Origin: Candidatus Aminicenantes bacterium
GTDB taxonomy: Bacteria; Acidobacteriota; Aminicenantia; UBA2199
Length of the DNA stretch: 64,000 bases
Direction: 5' to 3'
Assembly (NCBI GenBank): GCA_029938635.1
Contig: JAOZUQ010000001.1
Location: 14,880-78,879 of the forward strand
Each line of letters starts with the position of its first letter. Position 1 is the stretch's first letter. The notes under the pieces were generated by a model, which saw nothing but the letters and a program-made list of their open reading frames with translations, was not told the DNA's origin and did no database searches. Positions 1 to 9,765 of this stretch are shown here, piece by piece. Position numbers and translations under genes: made by a program.

Positions 1-98
1 GAAGTTGTTTCATTTTCAAGTTTGTTACAGGATGGAAATACCATAAAAACCATAATGGTTAAGATTAAGAGTATATTCTTCCTTTTCATAATATTCTC

Positions 99-2528
99 CT
101 ATTTTACTATCCTCGGTGTGAGGAAAATCAATAATTCTTTCTGCTCTCTTCTTTTAGTTGAGTTCTTAAACAATGTCCCGATGATCGGAATTTTGCTCAG
201 GAAGGGTACTTTATCGGAGCTGTTAGAATCATCCACTTTGAAGATACCGCCAATCACTATAGTACCACCATCGTTTGATGTCACAGTATTAACAACTTCC
301 TGTGTAATGATCTGCGGATTCCCCAGGACAGTGTTTCCCCAGTCCGGATAGTCATTCTTTATCGAAACTTCCATAACAATTGTTCCCTTTGCAGTAATAT
401 GAGGTGTGACCTCAAGTTCTAGCGCAGCATTTTCATATCTAACTGTAACCGTATTATTCTGAGTTGTCTGGATAGGTATTCTTGCTCCCTGAACGATCTT
501 CGCTTTCATATTATCCTGAGTGGTTATCTTCGGTGCAGAGATCAACCTTCCCTTCCCCTGACTTTCCATTGCTGTCAATGCTGTAGTGAGCTGAAAAGTA
601 TTTGCTGCATTTGAAAGAGAGAAAACTATACCTGAATTTGCCGCACCGGAGGCAGGAACATTAACCGCATAACCTCCACCGGCAAGATTACTCGGGAGAC
701 CGGGATTCAATTGATTGACAACCTGATCACCACCGATCCCAACTGAATTCGGGAATGATAAGTTTGTCTGATTACCATGATATGAATCTGCCATAAAGTT
801 TGTTCCCCATTGTATGCCGAGACTTCTTATAAATGATGTTGATGTTTCAACAATTTTTGCTTCGATAGACACCTGAGGATTTGAAGCATCAAGAGTATCA
901 ATTAATTTATCCAGAACACCTACATTTTCTCTTACTTCAGAAATTATCAACATGTTGGTTCTGTCATCTACAACAACTTCCCCCCTTTTTGATAATTGCT
1001 TAGCTAAAATCGATTTTACTTCAGAGGCCTTTGCATAACTGAGTTTTCTTGTAATTACTTCAAGCTTGCCTTCCATCTGGCGAGCTTCCTGAAGTTTTCT
1101 CCTGTTTTCAGCTTCCTTAGCAAGTTTGTTAACATTGCCGATCCTGAGTATATTTCCTTCAAGGATCATGTCAAGGCTGTTGATCTTAAGAAAAAGTTCA
1201 AGAGCCTGATCCCACGGAACCTGTTTTAACTCCGAAGAGATTCTTCCGGTAACACCCGGATCAATTACTATGTTTAGATTTGATACCTGTGCAATAAATT
1301 TCAGGACATTTGAAAGATCAGCATTTTTAAAAGAAAAGTCCATCGGCGTTCCGGTATATTCCCTTCTGCCTTCCTCAATAGTATTTTTTAAATATGCGAT
1401 CTGACTCGGGCCTTTATCATTTTCGATCTTGATAAAACTTTCAGAATCTCTCTTTTCTACATCTGATTTTTCTTCTGTGAAAAATTCCGGTTTAGAATTT
1501 AATTTAACTGTTGTCCCGGCACCCTTGTCTTTAGCAATACCTGAAACATCAATTGACTTCTCTACCACTTTCCCTTTCTTTTTAAGTCTTTCGATAAACG
1601 CTTCATCTCTGATTCTGTTTATAGGAATAACCACGCCCTTCGAAACTGATTTTTTCATAACTTCGGAATCAGAAGGTGCAGACTTCACAGGATTCTTCAC
1701 CGGGATATTCTTGGCCAGAGTATTTTTATTAAACTCTACTTCCAGAGTGTTACCATTGTAGAAAACATTGTATTCTTTCAGATAATTCAAATCGAATACA
1801 ATCCTGAAAATTTGAGGAGAATTGTAAGATCCTCTAATCCCTTTCACATTCAGAAGGCCAATCCTCTTGTTGATCTTTTTTGATTTTACATTATGAAGAT
1901 CGATAGCTAACCTGGCAGGTGTTTTTTCAAGAGGGATAACTTTGTAGTTAACCTTGTTAGACAGAGCTATTCCAAAACGAAGCATACTTCCTTTCCGTTC
2001 TTCAAAACTTACACTTCTCAACACCCCATTTCCTGAAAATTCTGTAGATTGTTCAGTCCCTGGATTTTTTTTCGGTTTAGAACGAACCTTCGTTTTAACC
2101 GGAATCGAGGCTGCTTCTATTTTCGATTCCACTTTCGGTACTGGAAATTCAATATATAATCCATTCCTATTGCTGAAAACACGATAACTTGCTTTATCTT
2201 TCAATTTTATTTCAACATCAAGGTTTTTCTCGCGAGATTTCAACTCGATCTCTTTGATAATCGGAGAATTGAAGAAATATTTCTCGTTTTTACCCTCAAA
2301 TGTAACATCCTCTATCCTCATAACTATAAATTTAAAGTTGTCTTCTATCGGATAGAAAAGATCGGGGATAGGTATTATAGAGTCAGTAGCAAAATGAAGT
2401 TGTACAAAATCATCTCCTTTGAAATACTCAACACCCTTTATAACTGTTTTTCCATTGAGAAAAAAAGCTACCAGTACAAAAAATACCAATATTGAAGTTA
2501 ATTTTTTATTTCTCATTTTTTCTCTCAT
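99..2528 (-). CDS. pilQ: Type IV pilus secretin PilQ with N-terminal AMIN-like domains
   Basis: 809 aa with signal peptide. The C-terminal secretin core has characteristic motifs (LISAPKITTQDNMKAKIVQG..., ...VPFLSKIPIIGTLFK). It is the last gene of a pilMNOPQ-ordered operon. Confidence 0.85.
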   Translation of the reverse strand: MREKMRNKKLTSILVFFVLVAFFLNGKTVIKGVEYFKGDDFVQLHFATDSIIPIPDLFYPIEDNFKFIVMRIEDVTFEGKNEKYFFNSPIIKEIELKSREKNLDVEIKLKDKASYRVFSNRNGLYIEFPVPKVESKIEAASIPVKTKVRSKPKKNPGTEQSTEFSGNGVLRSVSFEERKGSMLRFGIALSNKVNYKVIPLEKTPARLAIDLHNVKSKKINKRIGLLNVKGIRGSYNSPQIFRIVFDLNYLKEYNVFYNGNTLEVEFNKNTLAKNIPVKNPVKSAPSDSEVMKKSVSKGVVIPINRIRDEAFIERLKKKGKVVEKSIDVSGIAKDKGAGTTVKLNSKPEFFTEEKSDVEKRDSESFIKIENDKGPSQIAYLKNTIEEGRREYTGTPMDFSFKNADLSNVLKFIAQVSNLNIVIDPGVTGRISSELKQVPWDQALELFLKINSLDMILEGNILRIGNVNKLAKEAENRRKLQEARQMEGKLEVITRKLSYAKASEVKSILAKQLSKRGEVVVDDRTNMLIISEVRENVGVLDKLIDTLDASNPQVSIEAKIVETSTSFIRSLGIQWGTNFMADSYHGNQTNLSFPNSVGIGGDQVVNQLNPGLPSNLAGGGYAVNVPASGAANSGIVFSLSNAANTFQLTTALTAMESQGKGRLISAPKITTQDNMKAKIVQGARIPIQTTQNNTVTVRYENAALELEVTPHITAKGTIVMEVSIKNDYPDWGNTVLGNPQIITQEVVNTVTSNDGGTIVIGGIFKVDDSNSSDKVPFLSKIPIIGTLFKNSTKRREQKELLIFLTPRIVK

Positions 2529-3006
2529 CCTCCTCTTCGGGATTTAGTCTCTTAATGATGGTTCTTTCTTTAGTCCCACCCAACGCTATTGTCAGGATCT
2601 TCTTGAATTTAACCATATGACTTCCAATCTCCAGAACCTCTCCATCATAGACACTATCTCCCTTTTTCACTAGATAAGGCCTTCCATCCGGTCCTTTCAA
2701 AAGAGCTACAAACTCTTTCTCTTTCTTGATTATCCCCTCCAGTTCAAGCTGATCAATGTCAAGACCGGCAAGGCCGGCTTTTCTCTTTTTCTTCAATTTT
2801 GAACTGTTTCTTTTCAAGAGGTCCCAGAAAGGGTCCCTCCTTCCCATCGGATTATAAACAAATTCGCCCTGCAAAGGTGCAGATTGAAATTCAGAACCTG
2901 CTGCAGGCTTTACGGCCTTCTCTGCTTTTTTTTCTTCAACTTTCTTATCCTGTTGCGGAATCAGGAACAACGCGCCCAGAAGAAAAATGAATAAAATGTT
3001 TTTCAT
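2506..3006 (-). CDS. pilP: Pilus assembly protein PilP-like (small secreted/periplasmic protein)
   Basis: 166 aa with N-terminal signal peptide, lying between pilO and pilQ in the conserved pilMNOPQ order. The call is based on position and size. Confidence 0.4.
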   Translation of the reverse strand: MKNILFIFLLGALFLIPQQDKKVEEKKAEKAVKPAAGSEFQSAPLQGEFVYNPMGRRDPFWDLLKRNSSKLKKKRKAGLAGLDIDQLELEGIIKKEKEFVALLKGPDGRPYLVKKGDSVYDGEVLEIGSHMVKFKKILTIALGGTKERTIIKRLNPEEEDERKNEK

Positions 3007-3008
3007 TA

Positions 3009-3602
3009 TTACCTCCTCCTTCTTTTGGGTTTTCCCTTAGACTTCGCTCCCGCTTTCCGGTAAATATAAGTTGATGCATTGAAGCTTGCTTGGATGGAAT
3101 AATCACTGATTTTCTTTTTTATCGGGTTGATCGTAAGATTATTAACTGTAAAAATTTTCTGCAGGCGAGACAATTGATCAAAGAAAACACCGAGGTTATG
3201 GTAGGTCCCTTCAAGTGATATGGAATATGGAACTTCAATGTAAACCTTTTTCGTACTCTTATTTTGTTCTGCGAATTTCCCGATCTTTAATCTTGCACTT
3301 GAGATAATTGACTGAATTTTTTTGATTATCTGACTTACTTCACTCTCTTCAGGGAGAATAAGCTTCAATTCTTCTAGAGTTGCCTCATAGTTGGCAATCT
3401 CCTCTTTTAATTGCTTCAGCTTCCCTTCCTGCCTCTCAGCAATCCTGATCTCTCTTTCAACACCTTCAATTTCTGTTTTAATTGTATCAATTTTTTCGCT
3501 GGTTGGTGAATAATGAAGATAATAGAAGAACCCGAAAAGGATCGCTCCGATGATCAGATATACTCCCAGTTGTCCATACCAGGGTAAACTTTGCAAATCC
3601 AT
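3009..3602 (-). CDS. pilO: Pilus assembly protein PilO (single TM plus coiled coil)
   Basis: The ORF track gives 3009..3671. The likely true start is the internal Met (MDLQSLPWYGQLGVYLIIG...) at 3602, which removes the overlap with pilN. It has an N-terminal TM helix followed by a coiled-coil, at the pilO position. Confidence 0.55.
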   Translation of the reverse strand: MDLQSLPWYGQLGVYLIIGAILFGFFYYLHYSPTSEKIDTIKTEIEGVEREIRIAERQEGKLKQLKEEIANYEATLEELKLILPEESEVSQIIKKIQSIISSARLKIGKFAEQNKSTKKVYIEVPYSISLEGTYHNLGVFFDQLSRLQKIFTVNNLTINPIKKKISDYSIQASFNASTYIYRKAGAKSKGKPKRRRR

Positions 3603-3603
3603 T

Positions 3604-4206
3604 TTACACCGTCCCCTTTTTCTTGGAAGGATCAGAAAAAGTGCAATCGAGCCTGAAATCAAACACATCAACTCCAGTCTTCTTTTTTCTTACTGAATCT
3701 TTAAAATTGATATTCTTAAAATAATTTGTGCTCTTCAAATTGTTGATAAAATCAGCCACAAGATTGTTAGAGAGAGCACTGCCTTTAAGGCTTAAAGTAT
3801 TATTATTAAATTTCATATTGCTAAGCCATACCATCTCGGGAAGTGCACGGGAAAGCTGATCCATCATTTTAACTGCAACCTGCTTTCTCGCATTCAGACT
3901 CTGAATAATGTCTACTTTGTTCTTCAAAATCTTTTTAGTATTTTCAAGTACCTTTAATGTCTGAAGAACATCTTCAAGTTCTGTAAGCCTTGCTTTCCTC
4001 ACTTCCAGGAACTTTTTAACATCACTGAGTTTATTTGCCTGGAGAAAATACATCCCGCCTATAATAAATACCGTAAGAACCAATGCTCCGATGATGGCAG
4101 GAACGCTTACCTGTTGTTCTCTTGCTTCATCAGCAAAAGATTCTGTTGCCGCTATACCTGGAGCAAGATCCTTTTTTTCCGGACTTAATAAATTAACTTT
4201 GATCAT
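3604..4206 (-). CDS. pilN: Pilus assembly protein PilN (fimbrial assembly, bitopic)
   Basis: Starts MIKVNLLSPEKK (the conserved INLLP-type N-terminus of PilN). It has a single TM helix and lies between pilM and pilO. Confidence 0.65.
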   Translation of the reverse strand: MIKVNLLSPEKKDLAPGIAATESFADEAREQQVSVPAIIGALVLTVFIIGGMYFLQANKLSDVKKFLEVRKARLTELEDVLQTLKVLENTKKILKNKVDIIQSLNARKQVAVKMMDQLSRALPEMVWLSNMKFNNNTLSLKGSALSNNLVADFINNLKSTNYFKNINFKDSVRKKKTGVDVFDFRLDCTFSDPSKKKGTV

Positions 4207-5294
4207 TTTTCATCTCCGATAGCCCTGAGGGCTAATCCCATGGCGACGTTGAATACAGGTGCCATTTCACTGATAAAGTTAAGATCAAATTTTTTCTCAT
4301 TGATTTCAATATTATTAAAAGGATTGACGATCTCAAACGGGATGTCGAACTCCTGAGAGAACAGGTCAAGAATTGAGTCAAGATTAGCAGTTCCTCCACT
4401 CAGGAGAATATTGTCAATCCTCCCCTCCATGGTATTAGACCTGTAAAACTCGAAAGTTTTTTTGACTTCGTTCTTAAGCTCGCCAAATATAAGGTTTACG
4501 ACCGGTTTTACCGCAGCAGGAGAAACTCCATCAACCTGCCTCCCCTTTTTAACTGACTCTGCCTTCTCATACTTGAGGTTCAATTCCTTTTGAATTAGGT
4601 CTGTGAACTGGTTTCCGCCAAGTGCAATATCCCTGACAAAAACAGGACTTCCTCTTTTGGATATCACAACATTGGTGATAGAAGCTCCTATGTTAATGAT
4701 TGCAATTGTTCTGTCCTTGTACATTTCATAATTCTTCAGGACACTGTTAAGCACAGCAAACGATTCAAGATCAACCATTTCAACTTTTTTCTGAGAAATG
4801 TCAAATACATTCAGATAGTCGTTCAGCTTTTCCTTTTTAACTGCTGCCAGTATTACACTTGCCATATTCGGCTGTCCATCAGGCTGATCAATTATTTGGT
4901 AGTCAATATTGACCTCTTCCGGAGTAAAAGGAATATGGGGCCTGGCCTCCCAAAGGATATGTTCGTGCATTTCCGCAGGACTCAGTTTTTGAACTTCTAT
5001 CTTTTTGACAATAACTGAACTTCCGGAAACTCCGAACGACACAGAGTTGGTCTTAACCTTGCTTTCATAGAAAATATGTTGGATTGAGTCTGCTACTGCA
5101 GCAGAATCCATTATACTACCCTCAACTATTGATTGATAGGGCACGGGCTCATAACCAAGAGCAACGAGCTCATGTACAACTTCTTTCCCCTTTTTCTTTG
5201 CTTTCAACTCAACAATCTTCAAAGCAAAGGAACCAATGTCGAGGCCTAGTATTCTTTTTGTTCCGAAACCGAAAAAAGACATACCATTCTCCAC
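4203..5294 (-). CDS. pilM: Type IV pilus assembly ATPase-fold protein PilM (actin-like)
   Basis: 363 aa with ILGLDIGSFALKIVELK near the N-terminus and an actin/FtsA-like fold. It is the first gene of the pilMNOPQ operon. Confidence 0.8.
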   Translation of the reverse strand: MENGMSFFGFGTKRILGLDIGSFALKIVELKAKKKGKEVVHELVALGYEPVPYQSIVEGSIMDSAAVADSIQHIFYESKVKTNSVSFGVSGSSVIVKKIEVQKLSPAEMHEHILWEARPHIPFTPEEVNIDYQIIDQPDGQPNMASVILAAVKKEKLNDYLNVFDISQKKVEMVDLESFAVLNSVLKNYEMYKDRTIAIINIGASITNVVISKRGSPVFVRDIALGGNQFTDLIQKELNLKYEKAESVKKGRQVDGVSPAAVKPVVNLIFGELKNEVKKTFEFYRSNTMEGRIDNILLSGGTANLDSILDLFSQEFDIPFEIVNPFNNIEINEKKFDLNFISEMAPVFNVAMGLALRAIGDEK

Positions 5295-5363
5295 TTATGG
5301 TTTTTTTCCATACGATACCTGTTTAGCATAGTGAAAATGAAAAGTCAAGTTCTCATTTCTTTA

Positions 5364-5476
5364 TTTTGCAGATATATAGGGAATGTATGAAAAGTGAAAC
5401 CCTGAAACCCTTTGCCCATGCGGGTTTTCAAGCACAACAATAAAGATAGCTGTTTTTGCAGATATATAGGGAATGT
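5364..5476. repeat. Two perfect 23-bp direct repeats (TTTTGCAGATATATAGGGAATGT at 5364-5386 and 5454-5476) bracketing a hairpin (GAAACCC-N11-GGGTTTC, ~5398-5428)
   Basis: Read directly from the sequence in the divergent intergenic region between pilM and rplU. It may be a duplicated promoter or operator, or a leader structure. Confidence 0.6.
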
Positions 5477-5670
5477 CAGCCTTTTTGAAGTTGCATACCG
5501 CCTATATTCCACTGTTATTCTAATTTCTCAACAATATAGCACTATTTAGCCGTTTTTTCTTCTGTTTTCACCCTGTTTCCCTGAAAAAAGACAATAAAAT
5601 CATACCCTAACTTGAAAAAAAATGAACTTTATGATATAAATTCCAGGTATATAAAAAAATTAGGAGTAAT

Positions 5671-6042
5671 GTGATGTTTGCTATTCTTGAAACAGGCGGG
5701 AAACAGTATAAGGTTGAAGAGGGAGATATACTGGAAGTTGAATTGTTAACAGAAGAGAAAGAAAAGAAACAGGATAATTTTGTTTTTGAGAATATTCTTT
5801 TGCTGAAAGGGAAAACCACTCTATTGGGAACTCCCTATGTGAAGAACGCTAAAGTTAAAGCAAAGATTTTAGAAGAGATCAAAGCACCTAAGATCATAGT
5901 TTTTAAAAAGAAATCAAAAAAACAATATAGAAGAACACAAGGGCACAGACAAAGGCTGCATAAGATCCTGATTGAGAAGATCGAAGTGAAAGCAGAGACA
6001 AAAGCCAAAGCAAAGCCCGTAGAAAAAGCTGAGGAGAATTAA
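5671..6042 (+). CDS. rplU: 50S ribosomal protein L21 with a Lys-rich C-terminal extension
   Basis: [23 protein letters not shown] is canonical for L21. The extra ~20-aa basic tail ([17 protein letters not shown]) is unusual but is seen in some lineages. Confidence 0.9.
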   Translation: MMFAILETGGKQYKVEEGDILEVELLTEEKEKKQDNFVFENILLLKGKTTLLGTPYVKNAKVKAKILEEIKAPKIIVFKKKSKKQYRRTQGHRQRLHKILIEKIEVKAETKAKAKPVEKAEEN

Positions 6043-6044
6043 CA

Positions 6045-6296
6045 ATGGCACATAAGAAATCTGGTGGTAGCGCAAAGAATGGCAGAGACAGTAACTCCAA
6101 AAGGCTTGGTGTAAAAAAATACGGCGGAGAACAGATAAATGCAGGATCAATTATAATAAGACAGCGTGGATCAAAATTCAAGCCGGGACTGAATGTCGGC
6201 ATCGGAAAGGACGATACATTGTTCGCTCTTTCTACCGGTGTTGTTAAATTTGTCACCAAAAATAAAAGAAAGTTTGTAGAGGTCATACCAAATTAA
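6045..6296 (+). CDS. rpmA: 50S ribosomal protein L27
   Basis: [29 protein letters not shown]...[13 protein letters not shown] is canonical for L27. Confidence 0.95.
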   Translation: MAHKKSGGSAKNGRDSNSKRLGVKKYGGEQINAGSIIIRQRGSKFKPGLNVGIGKDDTLFALSTGVVKFVTKNKRKFVEVIPN

Positions 6297-6374
6297 CCGG
6301 CAACCTTCAGATCTGCTGCTAAAAGTTGCTCTGAAGAAGCCATGCCTGAAAATCTTTCCAAATTATAACTGAAC

Positions 6375-7379
6375 ATGTTCATAGACAGGACAAATGTAAT
6401 TTTTTCCGCAGGGAAAGGTGGGGATGGTTCTACAAGTTTCAGAAGAGAAAAGTTCATACCCAAAGGCGGCCCCGACGGTGGAGATGGTGGAGATGGTGGA
6501 GATATTGTCCTCATAAGCAGGAAAAACGTCAGTTCTTTGATAGATTTCAAAAGCAATCATCATATAAAAGCCGGGAATGGCGGTAACGGTTCCGGCAACA
6601 ACAGATCCGGCAAGCACGGGGCGAACAGGATTATGGAGGTTCCGGCAGGGACAATCATAAAAACCTTTCCCGAAGAAGAGATAATCTTTGATTTTAATGA
6701 TGAAAACATTGAATTTGTGATTGCTAAAGGTGGAAAAAGCGGTGCCGGTAATGTAAGATTCAAATCTTCAATTAATCAGGCTCCCACAAAAGCAAAAAAG
6801 GGTAAACCCGGAGAATCAATCAGAGTTATACTCGAATTAAAACTTATCGCTTTTGCAGGACTTGTCGGATTTCCAAATGCAGGAAAATCAACTCTTATTT
6901 CAAAACTTAGTGGAGCAAAACCAAAGATCGCAGATTATCCATTTACAACATTAACTCCCCATCTGGGTGTGGTATATCAGGGATATGAAAGCCTTGTTAT
7001 AGCTGACATCCCGGGAATAATTGAAGGCGCTCATAAAGGCGAAGGAATGGGTACCAATTTCCTCAGGCATATTGAGAGGAACCGGGTTCTGGTATTTATG
7101 ATAAATATGGGAGATGCTTCCGGTGCAGATCCGGTTGAAAAACTTAAAATACTAATGAACGAACTCCGTTCGTATAAAAAAGATTTGTTGAGAAAGCGGC
7201 ACCTTGTTGTTGCAAATAAAATCGACCTGTTGGATAATGTTGAGGAAAGTAATGAACTTCTTAAGTTAAGGGAGTATTGCAGGAAAGAGGGACTTGAATT
7301 AGTGGAAATATCAGCACTCAAAGAGATCAATCTTAATCACCTTAAAAACAAACTTTTTAAACTTCTAAATGAGGACTGA
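6375..7379 (+). CDS. obg: GTPase Obg/CgtA
   Basis: Has a Gly-rich Obg N-domain (GGDGGDGGDGGD) followed by a G-domain (GLVGFPNAGKSTL, DIPGIIEGA). Synteny rplU-rpmA-obg supports the call. Confidence 0.9.
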   Translation: MFIDRTNVIFSAGKGGDGSTSFRREKFIPKGGPDGGDGGDGGDIVLISRKNVSSLIDFKSNHHIKAGNGGNGSGNNRSGKHGANRIMEVPAGTIIKTFPEEEIIFDFNDENIEFVIAKGGKSGAGNVRFKSSINQAPTKAKKGKPGESIRVILELKLIAFAGLVGFPNAGKSTLISKLSGAKPKIADYPFTTLTPHLGVVYQGYESLVIADIPGIIEGAHKGEGMGTNFLRHIERNRVLVFMINMGDASGADPVEKLKILMNELRSYKKDLLRKRHLVVANKIDLLDNVEESNELLKLREYCRKEGLELVEISALKEINLNHLKNKLFKLLNED

Positions 7380-8028
7380 AAAAAGAACAGGAATCCTTGG
7401 AGGAACTTTTAATCCGGTTCACAACGGGCACATTGACATTGGCCTTCGTGTGCTGGATTATTTCAACCTCGATTCGATCAGATATATTTTATCTGCAAAA
7501 CCTCCGCACAAAGATGGAGATCAGATCGTTTCTGCTGCTCTTCGCTGGAAGATGCTGGAAGCCGGACTTGAGCCTTATCCGGAACTAGTCCCTGATGATA
7601 TTGAGATCAAAAGAGATGAATACTCCTGGACTATCGATACAATAAGGCAATTAATAAAAAACTTTCCTGACAATAAATTCTACTTTCTATCGGGAAGTGA
7701 AGGATTCCTTAAAATAAGGACCTGGAAAGAGTATAAAAAGCTTTTTAATCTTATTAACTTTATTGTAGTCATGAGGACCCGGGAGCAGGAATCCGAGGTC
7801 ACCGACCTTCTAAAAAAGGACGGGATCACTCCTATAGTTCATGGAGAACATGAAATAAATATACCTGCAGTGTATTATTATTCATATGAATCCAACCATC
7901 TAAGCCTCTCTTCCACTCATATAAGATATCTAGCCGGAAGAGGGAAGGAAATTGATGGATTGGTAAACAAAAAAGTAAAAGAGATAATTGAGGAGAACGA
8001 TCTCTATGGAAAAAATCAGCCTGGATAA
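7369..8028 (+). CDS. nadD: Nicotinate-nucleotide adenylyltransferase NadD
   Basis: ILGGTFNPVHNGHI motif near the N-terminus, 219 aa. Conserved obg-nadD-rsfS synteny. Confidence 0.85.
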   Translation: MRTEKRTGILGGTFNPVHNGHIDIGLRVLDYFNLDSIRYILSAKPPHKDGDQIVSAALRWKMLEAGLEPYPELVPDDIEIKRDEYSWTIDTIRQLIKNFPDNKFYFLSGSEGFLKIRTWKEYKKLFNLINFIVVMRTREQESEVTDLLKKDGITPIVHGEHEINIPAVYYYSYESNHLSLSSTHIRYLAGRGKEIDGLVNKKVKEIIEENDLYGKNQPG

Positions 8029-8404
8029 ATTTAATTCTGAACTGAAAAGGTGGAAAATTCCACCAATTGTAAAAAAAGCTGTATCTGTTATTTCAGACAA
8101 GAAAGGGGATGACATTGTAATTCTAAAATTGAAAGGAATAACAGATCTTACAGATTTCATGATCATCTGCAGCGGTAACTCTCAAAAACAGAACAAGGCA
8201 ATTGCCGATGATCTTCAAAGGCTGCTGAAAAAGGAGTTCAAATCAGGGCCGCTGGGAATTGAAGGGAGTAGTTACGGTGAATGGATCCTTCTGGATTATG
8301 TGGATTTCATAATCCATGTATTCTCCCCGGAGATCAGAAAAAAATTCTCGCTCGAAAAACTATGGATGGATGCAAAAAGATACGATTTCATCTTTACTAA
8401 ATAA
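7988..8404 (+). CDS. rsfS: Ribosomal silencing factor RsfS (Iojap family)
   Basis: DKKGDDIVILKLKGITDLTDFMIICSGNSQKQNKAIAD is typical of RsfS. It follows nadD. Confidence 0.85.
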   Translation: MRRTISMEKISLDKFNSELKRWKIPPIVKKAVSVISDKKGDDIVILKLKGITDLTDFMIICSGNSQKQNKAIADDLQRLLKKEFKSGPLGIEGSSYGEWILLDYVDFIIHVFSPEIRKKFSLEKLWMDAKRYDFIFTK

Positions 8405-9290
8405 CCTTAAAGATCCCCTCTCCGAAGAGGTAAGGGAAAAAGCTGAAAAGGTATCCGGATATGAAACCGGTGCCCTCCTCTATGGAGAAACGGGAACCGG
8501 AAAAGATTTCTGGGCTAAGTATATTCATCAAAGCAGCGGAAAAGAAAAAATGCTTAACCTGAACTGTGGAGACGTTCCGGAAAACCTGCTTGAAAGCGAA
8601 TGGTTCGGATACCGGAAAGGTGCATTTACCGGTGCTGACAAAGAATATGCAGGGAGATGGGAATCAGCTGCGGATGGAATTATTTTCCTGAATCAGATCG
8701 ATTTGCTGACTATCAATATGCAATCAAGACTCCTTCGTATAATTGAGAGGAAAAAATATTTTCCACTCGGATCATCTGATGAACTCGAAATAAATTCCCG
8801 GTTTTTGTTCTCGGCAGATGAAAACATCGAAGAAAAAGTCCGTTCAGGAAGATTCCGTAAGGATCTTTATTACCGGATCTCAGCATTTTCGATCTATATT
8901 CCTCCTTTGAGAGACCGTAAAAAGGATATCCTTCCACTGATCAGATTCTTTGCTTCAAAGAAAGGAGTGGAGCTAAAGCTGACAAAAGCAGGTGAAAAAA
9001 TACTTTTGGCACACAGGTGGGATGGTAATATCAGAGAAGTTGAAAACTTTATTAATAATATTGCTGTTGTCAAAAACCTGATAGAAGATTCAGACACGGA
9101 AAAGCTCACAGAGACTTCATTTTCTTCCGAAACCTCATTTCTTCATAATGATCTGACATTGAGAGAACTCGAAATGAAATATATTAACCACCTGCTGAAG
9201 AGATACGGAAACAAATCTAAAGTTGCTTCAATACTCGGAATTTCAAGAAAATCTTTATACGACAGAATAGAAAAATATGGCAAAAATTGA
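8316..9290 (+). CDS. Sigma-54-dependent transcriptional activator lacking an N-terminal regulatory domain (PspF-like: AAA+ sigma54-interaction domain plus C-terminal Fis-type HTH)
   Basis: Walker A GETGTGKD, the GAFTGA motif (YRKGAFTGADKEY), Walker B IIFLNQIDLL, and a C-terminal HTH (KVASILGISRKSLYDRIEKYG). There is no receiver, GAF or PAS domain. The start overlaps the rsfS 3' end, and the real start may be the Met at 8370. Confidence 0.7.
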   Translation: MYSPRRSEKNSRSKNYGWMQKDTISSLLNNLKDPLSEEVREKAEKVSGYETGALLYGETGTGKDFWAKYIHQSSGKEKMLNLNCGDVPENLLESEWFGYRKGAFTGADKEYAGRWESAADGIIFLNQIDLLTINMQSRLLRIIERKKYFPLGSSDELEINSRFLFSADENIEEKVRSGRFRKDLYYRISAFSIYIPPLRDRKKDILPLIRFFASKKGVELKLTKAGEKILLAHRWDGNIREVENFINNIAVVKNLIEDSDTEKLTETSFSSETSFLHNDLTLRELEMKYINHLLKRYGNKSKVASILGISRKSLYDRIEKYGKN

Positions 9291-9747
9291 GTTGATTTGT
9301 ATAGGCAGTCAGAAATTTAAAGCTATGAGAGAACTGGAAAAAGAATATGAAAAGAAGATCAACTATTTTTCCCCATTCAGTTCAACAATAGTAAAACCAT
9401 TCAAATCAGGAGATGAAATACGCTCAATGAAAATTAACGGGGAGAAAATACTTGAGAAGGTAAAAAAGAATGATTTGCTGATCTCATTGGACAGAAGAGG
9501 AATAGAATTCAGTTCAGAACAATTTGCGCAGTTTATATCCGACAAGCTTAATTACAATAGTAAAAATCTTCTTTTTGTGATAGGAGATGCTCCCGGAATA
9601 TCGGGAGATGTGATTAAAAGATCTGACACAATTATATCCTTTTCAAAAATGACATTTGCACATGATTTGTTTAAAATAGTATTTCTTGAACAATTATACA
9701 GAGCTTTCACTATTATTAAAAATACCGGATATCACAGAACAAACTGA
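9277..9747 (+). CDS. rlmH: 23S rRNA (pseudouridine1915-N3)-methyltransferase RlmH (SPOUT)
   Basis: ~155 aa. It starts MAKIELICIGS, which is typical of RlmH. Conserved rsfS-rlmH neighbourhood. Confidence 0.8.
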   Translation: MAKIELICIGSQKFKAMRELEKEYEKKINYFSPFSSTIVKPFKSGDEIRSMKINGEKILEKVKKNDLLISLDRRGIEFSSEQFAQFISDKLNYNSKNLLFVIGDAPGISGDVIKRSDTIISFSKMTFAHDLFKIVFLEQLYRAFTIIKNTGYHRTN

Positions 9748-9765
9748 TATCTGCAGGAGAATTAT

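Noticed and set aside
22-351. 109-aa plus-strand ORF at the window start
   Set aside because: It lies antisense to the pilQ 3' end and has low-complexity hydrophobic composition with no motif. It is most likely a spurious ORF.
5903-6286. 127-aa minus-strand ORF overlapping rplU/rpmA
   Set aside because: It is antisense to two highly conserved ribosomal protein genes and has Leu/Phe-rich nonsense composition.
6475-6510. Tandem 9-nt repeat GGTGGAGAT x3
   Set aside because: It encodes the normal Gly-rich GGDGGDGGD motif of the Obg N-domain and is not an independent repeat element.
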